From assembly GCA_030704615.1 (NCBI GenBank), contig CM060734.1:46872001-46936000 (forward strand): 64,000 nt of DNA, read 5' to 3'. Made by a program: the position numbers and the translations under genes. Of this stretch, positions 49,600 through 62,993 are shown piece by piece. The notes under the pieces were generated by a model that searched no databases, had not been told where the DNA came from, and worked only from the letters and a program-made list of their open reading frames with translations. How positions within the stretch are numbered: position 1 is the stretch's first letter; each line of letters opens with the position of its first letter. This DNA is from Takakia lepidozioides (lineage: Eukaryota > Plantae > Bryophyta).

Positions 49600-52500
49600 C
49601 TCCAATCGACAATGCCACTACTCCTGCAAATGCATGGAAGACAAGTATTTAAATATAAACGGTTTTGAAAGCAGCCAAACCGCACACGCGAACACACGCT
49701 CTCTGTCTCTCTATACGAAGGCATTTCCAATGCACACAGCTGCGACTCAAACTGAACCGTGAGGCTCAGAAGGTCGCCCGAAGGTGGTATAAAATGGTTG
49801 CCGCAGAAACCACTCTGGAGCATCAGAAAACCCAATAACATCCTCCAAGCCGATCTTAGCCCTTTTCATTTCAAGTCTAGACTTGCATAATTCCCCATGT
49901 GATAACGTAGATACAGTCCACTGAGATTGGGTTTCCACGGCTGTGCAGCCGTGCCCCCTTAAGTTCCAAGGTGAAGAGATAGTGAACTTACTGGGCAGAG
50001 CTGTAGAGATGCTGAGAGAAGCGTTGAGAGTACACTGATGATATAGCAACTAGCGTCTCCGCATTTTGTATGGGCCTCAAGCAGTATTGAGGCAGGCCTA
50101 GACGTTGTAGAGAGACAACCCACTGTCAGAGGTGTTGCAACCTGTATGGTCCTCGAGGTCACCCGAGAAATAACGTCCAGGGAGATACTTCTAGATTACC
50201 TCTAAGGAGATAATTTTATTTATTGTAACCCTGCAGGCTGCAGTAGGTTCACGCATCCATTCCTGGAGAAGATAAGTGGTGCATAGACTGGCCGGCCTCT
50301 TTCGTGTGGGTCGGGTGTGGGTCCCATGTCGAAAGTCGTTGTCCTATGTGCGAGATTGTCGCTTCGTAAGGTTGTGAGGCAACACACCACAAACGCTACC
50401 GTTATCCACTTATCTAGCTACGGATGGCCAACCTGTGGTGCAAACTTTTAGAGGTGGGATCAGTACATATATGGGTAATATCTATCGGATACCTCTTGGC
50501 TCGCATTGAATCTGCAGCTCTGTGTCATTGCTCCTTCCAGTCTACTGATCACAGGCCGGGTAATCAGATCAGTACTCAGTAAAAGACAGATGAAATCCGA
50601 TTCCTCAAATGTAACTCGATCATAAGCTCAGCTTTCTCGCAACTGAAAACGGTTGAATCTCACAGTCCTTGGCGGACCATGCTGATATTTTACCGGGAGT
50701 CAAGGTAACAAAGTCTGCTTGAGGCCGTGCAATGCTGACGCTGCGTCCGTCAGCATTTTGTTTTCTTAATGCGCACACACGCGGTACATTCATGTACTCC
50801 CAAGTACCTAGCAGCTGGGCCTAAAATTAGCACATTAGCAGAAGTAGGTGCATGGCAAAGTACTAAGCAAACACAGATCTCGAAATTCAATTGGGCTTTC
50901 CGGTATGATAAGTAGCATCATGTTAGTTTGCATGCCGTGCACCAAATTACTTGGGTTGGTCAAGGCCAACCACATGGTCTCCGTTAGCATCAGGCAGCTT
51001 CCAAAGTGTAGTGTGTTTGCCGGCAGCTAGAAACAACCCGATGAAACATGGGCGCAAATTCAGGCTGATGACGCGTTGTGTGCACACACTGGTTATTAGC
51101 AGTGGACCTCCCCAGCCTGCAAGATTAAGCGAGTCTCCAATACCTGTAAGTGATTGTTTAATCCTGAACATCATGGGTTTTTGTAGTGCTTTGGCTGCAA
51201 CCGCCTGAAATATAATCCTCTTCTGCTCTTTGTTTCTAGCTTTGCATCAAGAGCACTGAAGTGTGGTGGTTGGAAGACTGGCCTAGAGCTTGAAAGAAAC
51301 ATTCCGAGCAACAGGAGAATCTTTGAGCTCACTCATCCCCCACTGGGTCGGGCCCGAATGAGCACGGTTTTTTCACCTCAGTATCCATTCATGAGCCATT
51401 GATCAGACTGTGCTTGGGTTTTTCACGAGGTGATTAGAGAATCTCTCATTAGTGGTGTAGTTTAGCAACGTCGTGCTCACAAAACCCGTCACGTGACAAG
51501 ATAAAGAAGATTGTCCAGGCCAGAATCTTTCTCTTGCTCATGTGAATGGATCGTAGCTGGATGAAGCTAGAACAACCCATCTGTGGGACCCTTAGCCAGG
51601 AAAGTGCTATATTTAGTGAGGGAATCATTAGTAATAAACACATCTCTCATTGCAAAATGGGAAAATGTAAAGTTTGGAACAGTGTGCTGTGATCAGTTCT
51701 GGCAGGTGTTTCAGGTCTCTTCTGATTCCATGGGACCATTCCTGATGATCCTCATGGGGAGATAGACTTCAAGTTGTCTACAGCACTGCATGTAACTTAG
51801 GGATAACAGTCATAGCAAAGCTAAAAGACACACGCACATTCAGGCACCTGGATTCGCTGGAGGATATCCCTTCTTAAGCAATCTCTCCTGATCTCCCCAA
51901 GTTTATGGACCCCACTTTTCCTACCTTCCAGGGACAATAAGAACAGAGTACCACAAAACTTTACATCCTGTTACTAAATCGGACGACATCCAATGGTCCG
52001 ATTGCCATTTTGGGTTGAAACTTGAAACATACCTTGTGTCTGTTCATCCCTACAATTGCCTCAGTAGAAAAACACAATCCACTTGCCTGCCAAGTGATAA
52101 CACATAGGGGTAGCTCTTAAGACCAACAAATAGAAATCGTCCATAAAGGATGTAATCCACTGAAGATCCAATTACAGGCCAGTCCATCCATTGGATAAAA
52201 GAGTATTTCATATTAAAAAAGCATTTAGGAGTTAAACTTCCCTTCCTGTCTGGTAATTGAGAATATACTACATACCTACCTAATCTTTCAAAGGCATCAT
52301 GTACTCCTGCCCACTTCACTCAGTTCATGGCCTAAAATCAGGTACTTGCTTTCTCCTACCTACCCACTCCCAATTAGTACTATCATTTATTTAGGTGGGT
52401 AGGTAAGGGTCAGTCATGAAGCATGACTCAGACTCGCATAGGCATACATTAATATGCATGTTCTATCATGTTGGATACATTTTCCATGGTTTTTCAATTC

Positions 52501-55500
52501 TCCTATGTTTATGCAAATTGTCGATCACAACTAGGTCCCAGAACAAAACCATACATTATATTTAGTTCCAACCTACACAACAAATCATGACCAACAAATC
52601 ATGGGAAATCCTGATGCATCTCTTTTGTCCAAGGGTGGCAACATGGTCCTCCAAATAACATGGTAGGTATATCCTTCACTCCCATTTGTCGGTGACTTGG
52701 TGCTTTGTAGGCGGACACCTGAATCTCTTTGACCCAACCAAGACCACTACCAAGGTACTGACCAGGGAAAACGCTCCTTTGGCGTGGTGGTCCCCTAGTG
52801 TAAATAGTTTTTGTTTTCTCTCAGCAAAGTTACTGTACAGAAACAGACAAGAGCCTTCATTGTTGTAAAGACTAAAGACTCGATGTTCCCAGTTCTGCAT
52901 TCAGTCCATGTGTGACAAGCGACCCATTTCTTGCCTGAATTCAATGAATTGTAATACACCCATCTGAATCTGCTCCATGCACGTACACTAATACACATAA
53001 AGTGCTCAGAAAAAAGTGCTTTCGGCTTCCCAAATGATAAGAACTCATCAACATACCCTGCAACGATGCTTTCACTTTCTGCAAATGACATCAGCAGGGA
53101 GGGGACTGGAGTCTGTTCTGTACAATGTGGTACATGCCCCCAAAACATGACCTCGTATCATGGATGAGGCTGTATCTGGCGATAGATCCACAGAAATGAA
53201 CCTTGCCAACATTTAGCTACCTACTACATCCACCTACTCACAAAATTTTAGAAGAATTAACAGACAGAATTGGCAGATTATAGCAAAAATCCATGGTGGA
53301 TTTTCCAACTCCAGAGAAAATTTGCTGGAAAAATGTAGTTTGACCAAGGTGATTTGTTGACTTGATATTTTTTCCTGTGGCATGGACCTCCACATTCAGA
53401 AACCAAGGAGAGTTACAGGTCTCCTCGCCAAATTTGAAGACCAAAATCTGAAAATTTCAAGTGGCAATGAGAGGGATATAATGGAAATTCCACCACAGTA
53501 AAAAGAAAGAGAGCTGCATGGAAGCTGGATTGTTTTTCGCAAAATGAAAATCTGGTGCAGTCCTGCATTGCAAGAAGGTAGAGATGAATGAATGTCAAAC
53601 AAGTTTTTGAAAATTTCAAAACCACATTCGTGTTTTTTGAAAGTTTTGTAGTCAAGATAATAGCGTCTTCAATGTGTGCGCTTGTACCTGCGGCGGGCCG
53701 CATAGAAGGGTGGGAGCTCCCCTACCCGTTGGAGGGTCGCTAGTGTAGAGAAGGAATAGGTGCCCTAGTGCCACATCATCCTTGTCAGCCACGTTACTCT
53801 AAGCTGCCCCAAATTATTATTTTTAACTGAATTGTGAAGATCGTTATCATCGTCACATAATCGTCGTTTTTGCACCACCTGAGACCTAAGAAAAAAACTG
53901 AATCTTGAAATTCGTATTTGCAAATGTGCTACAATATTATTTGTTCATTTCTTTTGTTTCCTCACGCATTCAATGTAAATGTTACAGCACTTTTAAATAT
54001 TAATTATGATAAAACCATCAAACAACAAATCAATGGTTTACCAAGTTTTCGAAACCCTAAAAAAAATCAACCTTTTGGTTTTATGGTGACAAATATTTAA
54101 ATTACTAATATATATGATAGTAAATTCTACCAAGTGTGTATAATAATTTTGTTTTTGAAAAAATCACTTCTTAGTTGGAATTTGTTTTCTATAAAAACAT
54201 TGCCGGATTTCGACCTCGAAAATGGGTCAGCTACTGGTACAAGGGAATTATGGGGGATAAAAATAGAGAAAAATTGCCAGAAAGCACCAGTAGTCGAGCG
54301 GCAGGTTAGACAGTGGCTATATAACAGGTGGCACGTTTTAAGAGGCCCACATAGGCAAACCCAGGCATGTATCTTATCTATATTTAGTTAAAATATTATT
54401 TCTCATGTATATAAGTCTACTATATTATCAGAATTATCATTTTTCAAAGTTATCTTATGTTATTTCTTATTTTTCACATTTGTTGCATATATATTTGTAA
54501 AATAAAAATTAATTCCATGTGAAATTAAAATTTATTGAAATTTAGATACAAGTTTAATATATAATAAATTTTATGATTATGAAATATATGGAATATAATG
54601 AAAGTAATGTATGTAATCTAATGAACATGAAATATAAAGTGACTAACGCGTGATTTTTGAAATGATTTTGCAGAACATAATCTCAACTTTGTTGATTTGT
54701 TAATATTTGACATCGAATTTCCTTCAAATCATTTCTTGCATATTACAAAAGTTTTGGTGTCAACGTCAAAAATATTTTAGGATTTTATGGATACCATGGA
54801 TGAATGCATGTATAGGAGTGTTTGGTGGCTTGCACAACTAGCACATGCACATATTGTGTACGATCCCTCGAATATAGAAGACTACTTTTGACGACATTGT
54901 TGGCCTAGAGGTTATATGAAGTGGTCAACCTCTAAACAAGTATTTCAGATGTCGTCGACCTCCACCAATGTGAACAATAGTGAAAGAGACAGATCTTGAC
55001 GACCTCAAAATACTTAATTATGTTATGATTCATATCATGAAGGTTTAAGATTTAAGGTTACCTATTAAACCCACCTATTAGAGTTGATCGGCATGTGTTT
55101 TTGCTACATTTTTTTCTTAAAGAAAAAAAGGAGACAACGGCCTTTTAATCTTTATTACACAAGAAAAAAAGAATGCAAAAGAATGCAAAAAGAATTTCAG
55201 ATCACATCTAAGGTATAAATCCTGACAGCTAAGAGACATGCTTTATGAGGACCAGATTTGAGTACCATTCTACCGAGCAATTTAGTGCATCCATTTCAAA
55301 GGTTTGCAAAAAGCAGGTAGTGTGGTGGTTAAGAGCAACGAATAATAAGCATGAGGTTACTAGGTGTTCAATTCTTGTCAGGTGTATTGTGGCAGTAATG
55401 TGTGTTATTAAATATATATTTTGTCTGAGTGAGGGTCTGCCAGTCCGCTGCCGTAGAAGAACAAAGGATTTAGGAAATTTTCAGAATCCGACAAACCCGA

Positions 55501-56833
55501 TGAATGGGCGGTGGGCTTATGAGCTCAACCCATGGCCCGTATTGGCAGGGCCCATAGGCGCCTTGAAGACGCAATAATCTTAAAATGAGAGCCTATATGA
55601 ACCCTATGGTCCAATTTCATTTTATTGCGATGACATTGACGATGCTGATGAACATGGTAAAGATATAAACAATTAAAAACAATGATGACAAAACCATGTT
55701 GTTACATGCGTGATATAATACTATGGTGTACATATGATTTTTCAATATTGAAATGATATCATATTTGTTGTCATTGACCCCTAAAGGAGGAGCCCGTTTT
55801 TTGTGGGCCCATTCCAAAATAGTCCTTGCTCTCATGTTTGAGGGCATATCTGACATTTGACAAACATCCAGGGGGATGAGTTGTATGAAAGTAATCCTAC
55901 CTACTTCAGGAACCTACTATAAAATTTCAGTTGATTTCACCGTGTCATTACAAAGATTATAACAAAAATGCAAGCTGTAAATTTCTACTGTGCTCTAGTT
56001 TTGGAGTGAAAAAATGGTTTGACCAAGCAATTGCACTGGCAAAATGAATTTTCATTGATACAACATACCCACATTCTAATTGTCTGGCATGTATAGCACC
56101 TTGGGCCAAAATTCCAAAACCAAATTCCAAAACCACATGAGGGTTGCTTTGTATGGGAAAATTGGCGGGTCAAAAAGACCATCCATTACAATTGAGCCCA
56201 AATCTGCCTCAAACGTATCCAAATTTTCATCACAAGGTGAATTCCTCTGGTCATATTGTTCCTTGCGTGGAAACTCACTACCACAAAAAATTGGAATCAT
56301 TCCTAACCTATCTACATACATAGATGAATTTTTTTAACCTATCTACATGCAAAATAATTTTTCATTGGTACAACCAACCATATCCTGCCACGTCAGTAGG
56401 TCAAAGTTGTTGGAGGGCCCTGAATTGGGTACCCCTGCACACTAAGAAAAATTTACTGACGGCATTGCTTTTAATATTTTAGGGTGCCATAAAGACATGC
56501 AGGTGCATGACGTCACGGCGCACAACTTTCATTCAGAAAGTTTTTTTTTATCTGTCCAACGATTTGCCATCGTGGCAAATCCAATTCTGATTTCTGACGC
56601 GACCTGAAACGGGTCGCGTCGTCCATTAGGGGTTAAGATGAAGGCTTGTTTTACAATATTATTGTTACATCTTTAATTTGACGGTTAATAAATGTTGATG
56701 GGGTACATATCATGTTTAAAATTAGGATATACTAGACTGGTTACGAGTATGTTCATACCTGGTATGTGCCAGTTGGCGGGGGTATGTGCAAGGGTATAGG
56801 TAAGGATATGTGAGAACCAACTCGACTGGTATG

Positions 56834-57555
56834 TGAAAAGGATCTGACTCTCTTTCCTCAGTCCAACTACAGAACAAATTCAGGCCCTTTGCTTATCTTG
56901 CCGTTCATAGGGAATCTATCAGGATCCCAAGAAATCTGCTTGCTTGAATCAACGTCAATATGGACTCATGTGACCATCTTCTTTTATTCCAGTCACCATT
57001 CATTGACTCAGACCGTAACAGAGACCACACCAGTCCAATGATCGTTCACCCCTGTTCTTCACGGAAGTGTATTCACAAGCCTTAAGCAGATCTTTCTTGT
57101 CCCAAACAGTAACTAGAATCAAATCTGCATTGTCACTCTTCAAATCAACACCTGATGAAGCCTAAGTCATAGGATTTACACTTTTTCTCTATACAAAGGA
57201 GAAATCACAGTCCCTGCCGCTGCAAGGCACCAAAGGCCAGTGACAACTATTCCAACATCAACCTACACTCTAAAAGCACAGCACCCGCTACAGCATCCGG
57301 TCCACCCAGCCACCACGCCATGCTACACACACATTTCCTGTCGATGCAGATCTGCTCTAGACGCCTGTACGCCATCATCCTTTCTTCAACCCTCTTGCCA
57401 TCTCCAAGCACCCCTCAAAAATCCCTAGTCTTGGATCTCTTCATGCACGCGAGCTTGCTCCATTTTACCTGCAACTGTCAGTTCGGCGATATTCTAGCAG
57501 TCTCTTGTTATTCCAAACTGGTGGACAGGTCGATCTTCGTTCCTGGCACCTAACA
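56834..57555 (-). repeat. 3' LTR (722 bp)
   Basis: Direct repeat of 62272-62993; three C/T differences seen by eye. Confidence 0.95.
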
Positions 57556-60500
57556 AATTCCCCCTCCCAAAGACAGGTCATTGTCCTCAATGACAGAAAA
57601 TGAGGGGTAACTCAATGTCAATTCATTTTCCTTCTCCCAAGTAGCTTCTGTCTCTGGGTAATGCAACCACTTAATCAAATGTTCTTTCCAAGAACGGTTG
57701 CGCAGGTGCTTCACTCGCGTTTCTAGAATCTTTTCGGGTTCAGCCATCAGCTGACCATCATTCATGGCTTGAGGCAACGTCGGTAAGATGTGTGATGGGT
57801 CTGACATATACCTTCGGAGAAGGCTGACATGGAAAGTTTTATGGATCTTCCATGTTGGAGGCAGATCCAACTCATATGCCACTGTGCCATGGCGTTCCAG
57901 GATTTTAAACGGGCCACAAAACCTTGGTGACAACTTATAACACTTGCCCAGTAGTAGATTGCTTCTTTTAGGTGTAACTTTTAAAAACACCATATCACCA
58001 ATGGCAAATTCACGAAAAGTCTTGTGCTTATCAGCAAAGAACTTGGCCCGTTCTTGTGCAGCCTGCATACTACGCTTCACCAGATCTAGGACAGAGTGGA
58101 TCTCTTTGATTCTGTCATTCACACTCTGCACATTTGATGGTGGTGTAATAAGCGAAGTAGGAGCCAAGCAATCTCGTCCATATAAAGCTTCAAATGGGCT
58201 CATGCCAATGGCACTGTGGAAATGCTTGTTATAAGCAAATTCCACCATATACAGATATTGTTCCCAAGAGGACCGTCTTTCACCAACGTACATCCTCAAC
58301 ATATCTTCTATTGTACGGTTGGTCCTTTCTATTTGAGCATCTGTTTTCTGGGTGAAAGGTCGTACTCAGTTTCACCTTGGTTCCCAATTTCTTGAACAAG
58401 TCAATCCAAAAATGACTTGTAAACTTTGAGTCCTTGTCACAAATAATCTCCCGAGGCAGACCATGGATCCTGAATATCTCTTTCATGTACAAGGATGCAA
58501 CATCAGATGCCGTAGCACTCATCCTTGTAGGTATCAAGTGGGCTATCTTAGACAGCCTATCTACAACCACCATGATACTGTCATGGCCATTTCTGGTCCT
58601 GGGCAATGCCACAATGAAATCCATGCTAATGGATTCCCAATTCCATCCAGGAACAGAGAAAGGTTGTAATAATTCAGGAGGTCTGACTCTCTCTGACTTC
58701 GAAACCTGACATGGGGAACATTTCTGCACATACTCTTTAATTTCTCTCTTCATACCTAGCCAAAAATAGTGCTTCCGTATTGACCAATAGGTTCTCTGAA
58801 AGCCCGGGTGTCCAGAGATTGGAATATTGTGACTGTCATGAATAATCCGCAATCTCAAGTCTGGAATCAGGGGAACACGCAGCCGACCATCATAAAATAA
58901 CACCCCATCTCTCAAGAGGTATGGCCGGTACTTCTCTTTCTCAATAGAAGTTCACGAGACAAACTCTTGAAGCTCTTTGAAGAATTCATCGACCTCATAC
59001 TGACCTTTAATGTCTTGAAATATAGTGCTACTGACGCATGAGACAACATTAGCTTGTAATGGTCTCCTAGAAAGTGCATCAGCAATCACATTCTCTCTCC
59101 CCTTGACATACTTTAGGTCATAATGGAACTGCTGAAGCAGTTCTGACCACCTAATCTGCCTCTGACTCAAATGAGGTTGTGTGGTCAAGTATTTCAAACT
59201 CTGATGGTCAGTCTCTATCACAAAATCAACTGGAAGCAGGTAATGCCTCCATATCTTCAGAGCATGAGCTATTGCCAACTGTTCTTTTTCATGAGTTGGG
59301 TAATTCTTTTCCGCTGGACTGATCTTTCGCGATTCGTAGGCAATCACTTGCCCATCTTGCATCAGCACAGCCCCAATAGCAAGATCATTTGCATCGGTAC
59401 ACAGTACGATTGCTCCCTTCGTAGGGTCGAGCAATCTCAGTACAGGAGCATGTGTCAAGGCAAACTTCAATTTCTCGAAACTGTTATCACATTCTCTTGT
59501 CTTGACGTCCCTCAAGCTTACAGGACTCGAGTTCTTAAGCAAGTCAGTCAATGGGGCTGCAATCTGTGAAAAAGATTTGACAAACTTCCGTAGGAAGCTA
59601 GCAAACCCAATAAAGCTCCTGACCTCAATCTTATCACTTGGTTTAGGCCATTCAACCACTGTCTGGACTTTCTTAGGATCAATTGAGATTCCATCTTTGG
59701 AGATGCAAAATCCCAAGTAATCCATGTGGTCTACAAAGAACTCACACTTGCTTATCTTAGCAAACGGGTGGTTCTCTCTCACTATGTCTAAAACCAAGCG
59801 TAAATGCGGTTCATGTTCTTCTTCAGACTTCGAGTATATTAGTATATCATCCATGTAGACTAGGACCATCTTCCCCAAATATTTCTGGAACAGAGAATTC
59901 ATCAAATGAGTAAATGTTGCTGGAGCATTCGTGAGCCCAAATGGCATCACCAAGAATTCGTAATGACCAAAACGAGATCGAAATCCTATCTTTGGTATGT
60001 CAGAATTCTTGATCCGTATCTGATGATATCCAGACCGAAGATCAAGTTTTGAAAAAACCTGACTCCCATATAGATAGTCAAACAAATCGTCCACACGAGG
60101 CAAATGAAACTTATTCTTGATGGTGACCTTATTCAACCATCTATAGTCCACACACAGTCTCAAAGTCCCGTCTTTCTTCTTCTTAAACATTACAGGGGCA
60201 CCCCAAGGGGATTTACTTGGACGTGTATACCCCTTTTTTCCAACAGGTCATTCAACTGCCTTTCTAACTCTTCACTTTCTGCAATTGAATGCATGTACGG
60301 TGCCATTGCAACCGGTACAACATCTGACATCAACTCGATAGCATGATCAACCTCCCGTTCAGGGGGCATCCCAGGGATCTCATCAGGAAACATATCTTTA
60401 TATTCATTCAGGATTAGGCCAAGTCTGGGATGTGACTTCCCTTCTCCCTGATTTGTTTCCAAGACCTCATGCAAGCTAACAGTAAAAAACTGAGTATTTC

Positions 60501-62192
60501 CCCTCCGCATACATCTCTTCATCTGAATAGCTGACAAGACAGGTACATTGGGAAGAGCTCTAGTACCTTTGATATTGAATCCCTTCCCATTGGGCAAGGT
60601 ACCACTAACCAGTCCGGATTTGCAAGCCACCACAACATCAACCGGATCCAGCCACCGCATGCCAAGGATGCAGTCGTACCGAGCTCCCTCCCAGACCTCG
60701 AAGTCAGCCATAGTTTGTACTCCTTGCATGACCATCGGTACCTTTGGGATGTGTTTGTACGTAGAATCCACGCCACCATCTGGTAATAGGATTTGACAGG
60801 GTTGCATGTCTTCTTGAACTAGTCCGAACTTGTCAGCAAAATCCTTTGACAACAGGTTATGAGTGCTACATGTATCAATCAGCACTTGAGTGGGAATTCC
60901 AGCCACTCTCCCCTGAACCCGTATCACACTGGGGTCATGCTCTATTTGGTCTCCAATGATAGTTGCAGAAACCCGCACATTAGGACCTTTCCCTTTTTCT
61001 TGTCCTAACTTCTCCCCAGTTTCAACAGCCGCACAAGGTTCTGCAGGTTCTTCAACTATCAAGGCGGCTGTTTGTCAAGCCTGACGATAATTCGGGTACT
61101 TCATACACTCAGCAGCTCTGTGTCCGGGTTCATGGCACAAGAAACACAAACCCTTACGCCTGTGTTCTTCCTGCTCTTTGAAACTGAGCCTTGGAGGAGC
61201 CCTCATTGGCGGTCTCCGTATAGTTTGATCCCCCACCTTCTTAAACGGTTTAAATCTCTTCCAATTCCCTCTCTTCGCTGGTGACTCCCAAGGACCAGAT
61301 GATCTAGGCTTGAACTCTGCCGTGCCACGAGAGCAAAATTCGAAGAACGTTGTGCCCTCACTTCGTTCTCAAAATTACAGGCCAAACGATATGTTTCTGC
61401 CTCGATACGAGGGTTGTGGGCTTTGACCTTAAATTTGAGAGAATCACTGAGGCCATCAACAAAAAAATCAACTTTGTCCTCTTCACTCAACGAGGGGAAA
61501 TAACTGGCATGGATTTCAAATCTCGTCTTAAACTCTCCCACGCTCATAGTCTCCTGTTTCAGCCTGAACAATTCAACTTTCATCTTGTGTGCATAGTCGC
61601 CAGGTAGGTAGTGGGCTAAGAACAGTGTCTTAAACATAGCCCAACTATCCACAGGTGGTTTCTTGTGTTCACGGCGTTCCTGCTTGTGGCGCGACCACCA
61701 TAGCTTGGCGGCATCACGGAGCTGTAGAGTAGCTGTCTGTATCTTGGCTTCCTCTGAATAATCGTCCTCAAAGAACTCTTCTAATGTATCCAGAAAAGAC
61801 AATATTTCCTCGGGCTTGACAGATGGCTTACCATAAAATTCTGGCAATTTCACCAATCTTCTGATTTCCCTGGTGACATCCTTGCTTCTTTTCATCTTGG
61901 CCTCATGGGAGTCGGCCTCAGATTCGTCCTCATTCAGTGGCTCACTCATAGGCAGCTCCCTAGATCGCTTTTCAGTTTGAGTTTGTGCAAGGGCCAATTT
62001 CTGTATCTCAGATCGAATCAAAGTACCTAAGGCCTCCATCTGTTGCTGGGAAAACAACTGACTTCTATGTTCGCGATCTGAAGCTCGGTGCAGACTGGCC
62101 GCATCTTCGCACTCACAGTCTCCCGCCATTTCATTATCCTGATCGTCGTCACCGGGGTGTGTGCTCACAGAGCCGAACGAGATCTGGCTCAT
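57550..62192 (-). pseudogene. Disrupted gag-pol polyprotein
   Basis: ORF pieces: 62192-61203 (Gag), 61062-60190 (PR), 60190-58952 (RT/RNase H), 58915-58280 (integrase HHCC and core) and 58302-57550 (integrase C-terminus, GPF motif, chromodomain PEKIL...LIKW...EATWE). Confidence 0.9.
57556..57572 (-). other. Polypurine tract
   Basis: Minus strand reads ...TTGGGAGGGGGAATT immediately before the 3' LTR. Confidence 0.8.
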
Positions 62193-62257
62193 TCACACGA
62201 TTACCCTACTTCTGGAAATTCCGAAATTCACAATCTGTTCTCCCCGATCGCAAAACG

Positions 62258-62269
62258 GCTCTGATACCA
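62258..62269 (-). other. Primer-binding site for tRNA-iMet
   Basis: TGGTATCAGAGC on the minus strand, 2 nt from the 5' LTR. Confidence 0.9.
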
Positions 62270-62271
62270 CT

Positions 62272-62993
62272 TGAAAAGGATCTGACTCTCTTTCCTCAGT
62301 CCAACTACAGAACAAATTCAGGCCCTTTGCTTATCTTGCCGTTCATAGGGAATCTATCAGGATCCCAAGAAATCTGCTTGCTTGAATCAACGTCAATATG
62401 GACTCATGTGACCATCTTCTTTTATTCCAGTCACCATTCATTGACTCAGACCGTAACAGAGACCACACCAGTCCAATGATCGTTCACCCCTGTTCTTCAC
62501 GGAAGTGTATTCACAAGCCTTAAGCAGATCTTTCTTGTCCCAAACAGTAACTAGAATCAAATCTGCATTGTCACTCTTCAAATCAACACCTGATGAAGCC
62601 TAAGTCATAGGATTTACACTTTTTCTCTATACAAAGGAGAAATCACAGTCCCTGCCGCTGCAAGGCACCAAAGGCCAGTGACAACTATTCCAACATCAAC
62701 CTACACTCTAAAAGCACAGCACCCGCTACAGCATCCGGTCCACCCAGCCACCACGCCATGCTACACACACATTTCCTGTCGATGCAGATCTGCTCTAGAC
62801 GCCTGTACGCCATCATCCTTTTTTCAACCCTCTTGCCATCTCCAAGCACCCCTCAAAAATCCCTAGTCCTGGATCTCTTCATGCACGCGAGCTTGCTCCA
62901 TTTTACCTGCAACTGTCAGTTCGGTGATATTCTAGCAGTCTCTTGTTATTCCAAACTGGTGGACAGGTCGATCTTCGTTCCTGGCACCTAACA
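62272..62993 (-). repeat. 5' LTR (722 bp)
   Basis: Direct repeat of 56834-57555, adjacent to the primer-binding site. Confidence 0.95.

Larger units (their letters stand above)
56834..62993 (-). mobile_element. Full-length Ty3/Gypsy chromovirus LTR retrotransposon, coding region disrupted
   Basis: LTRs 56834-57555 and 62272-62993 (TG...CA). TSD GTATG at 56829-56833 and 62994-62998. tRNA-iMet primer-binding site and polypurine tract present. Domain order Gag, zinc knuckle (CFLCHEPGHRAAEC), PR (LIDTCS), RT (YMDD), RNase H, integrase, chromodomain. Confidence 0.97.

Noticed and set aside
52356-52405. 11-bp inverted repeat tacctacccac/gtgggtaggta (similar motifs at 31985-32050)
   Set aside because: Low-complexity TACC/GGTA motifs with no TSD or defined element.
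57240-57553. Duplicated small ORFs (also at 62678-62991)
   Set aside because: They lie inside the two LTRs, which explains the duplication.
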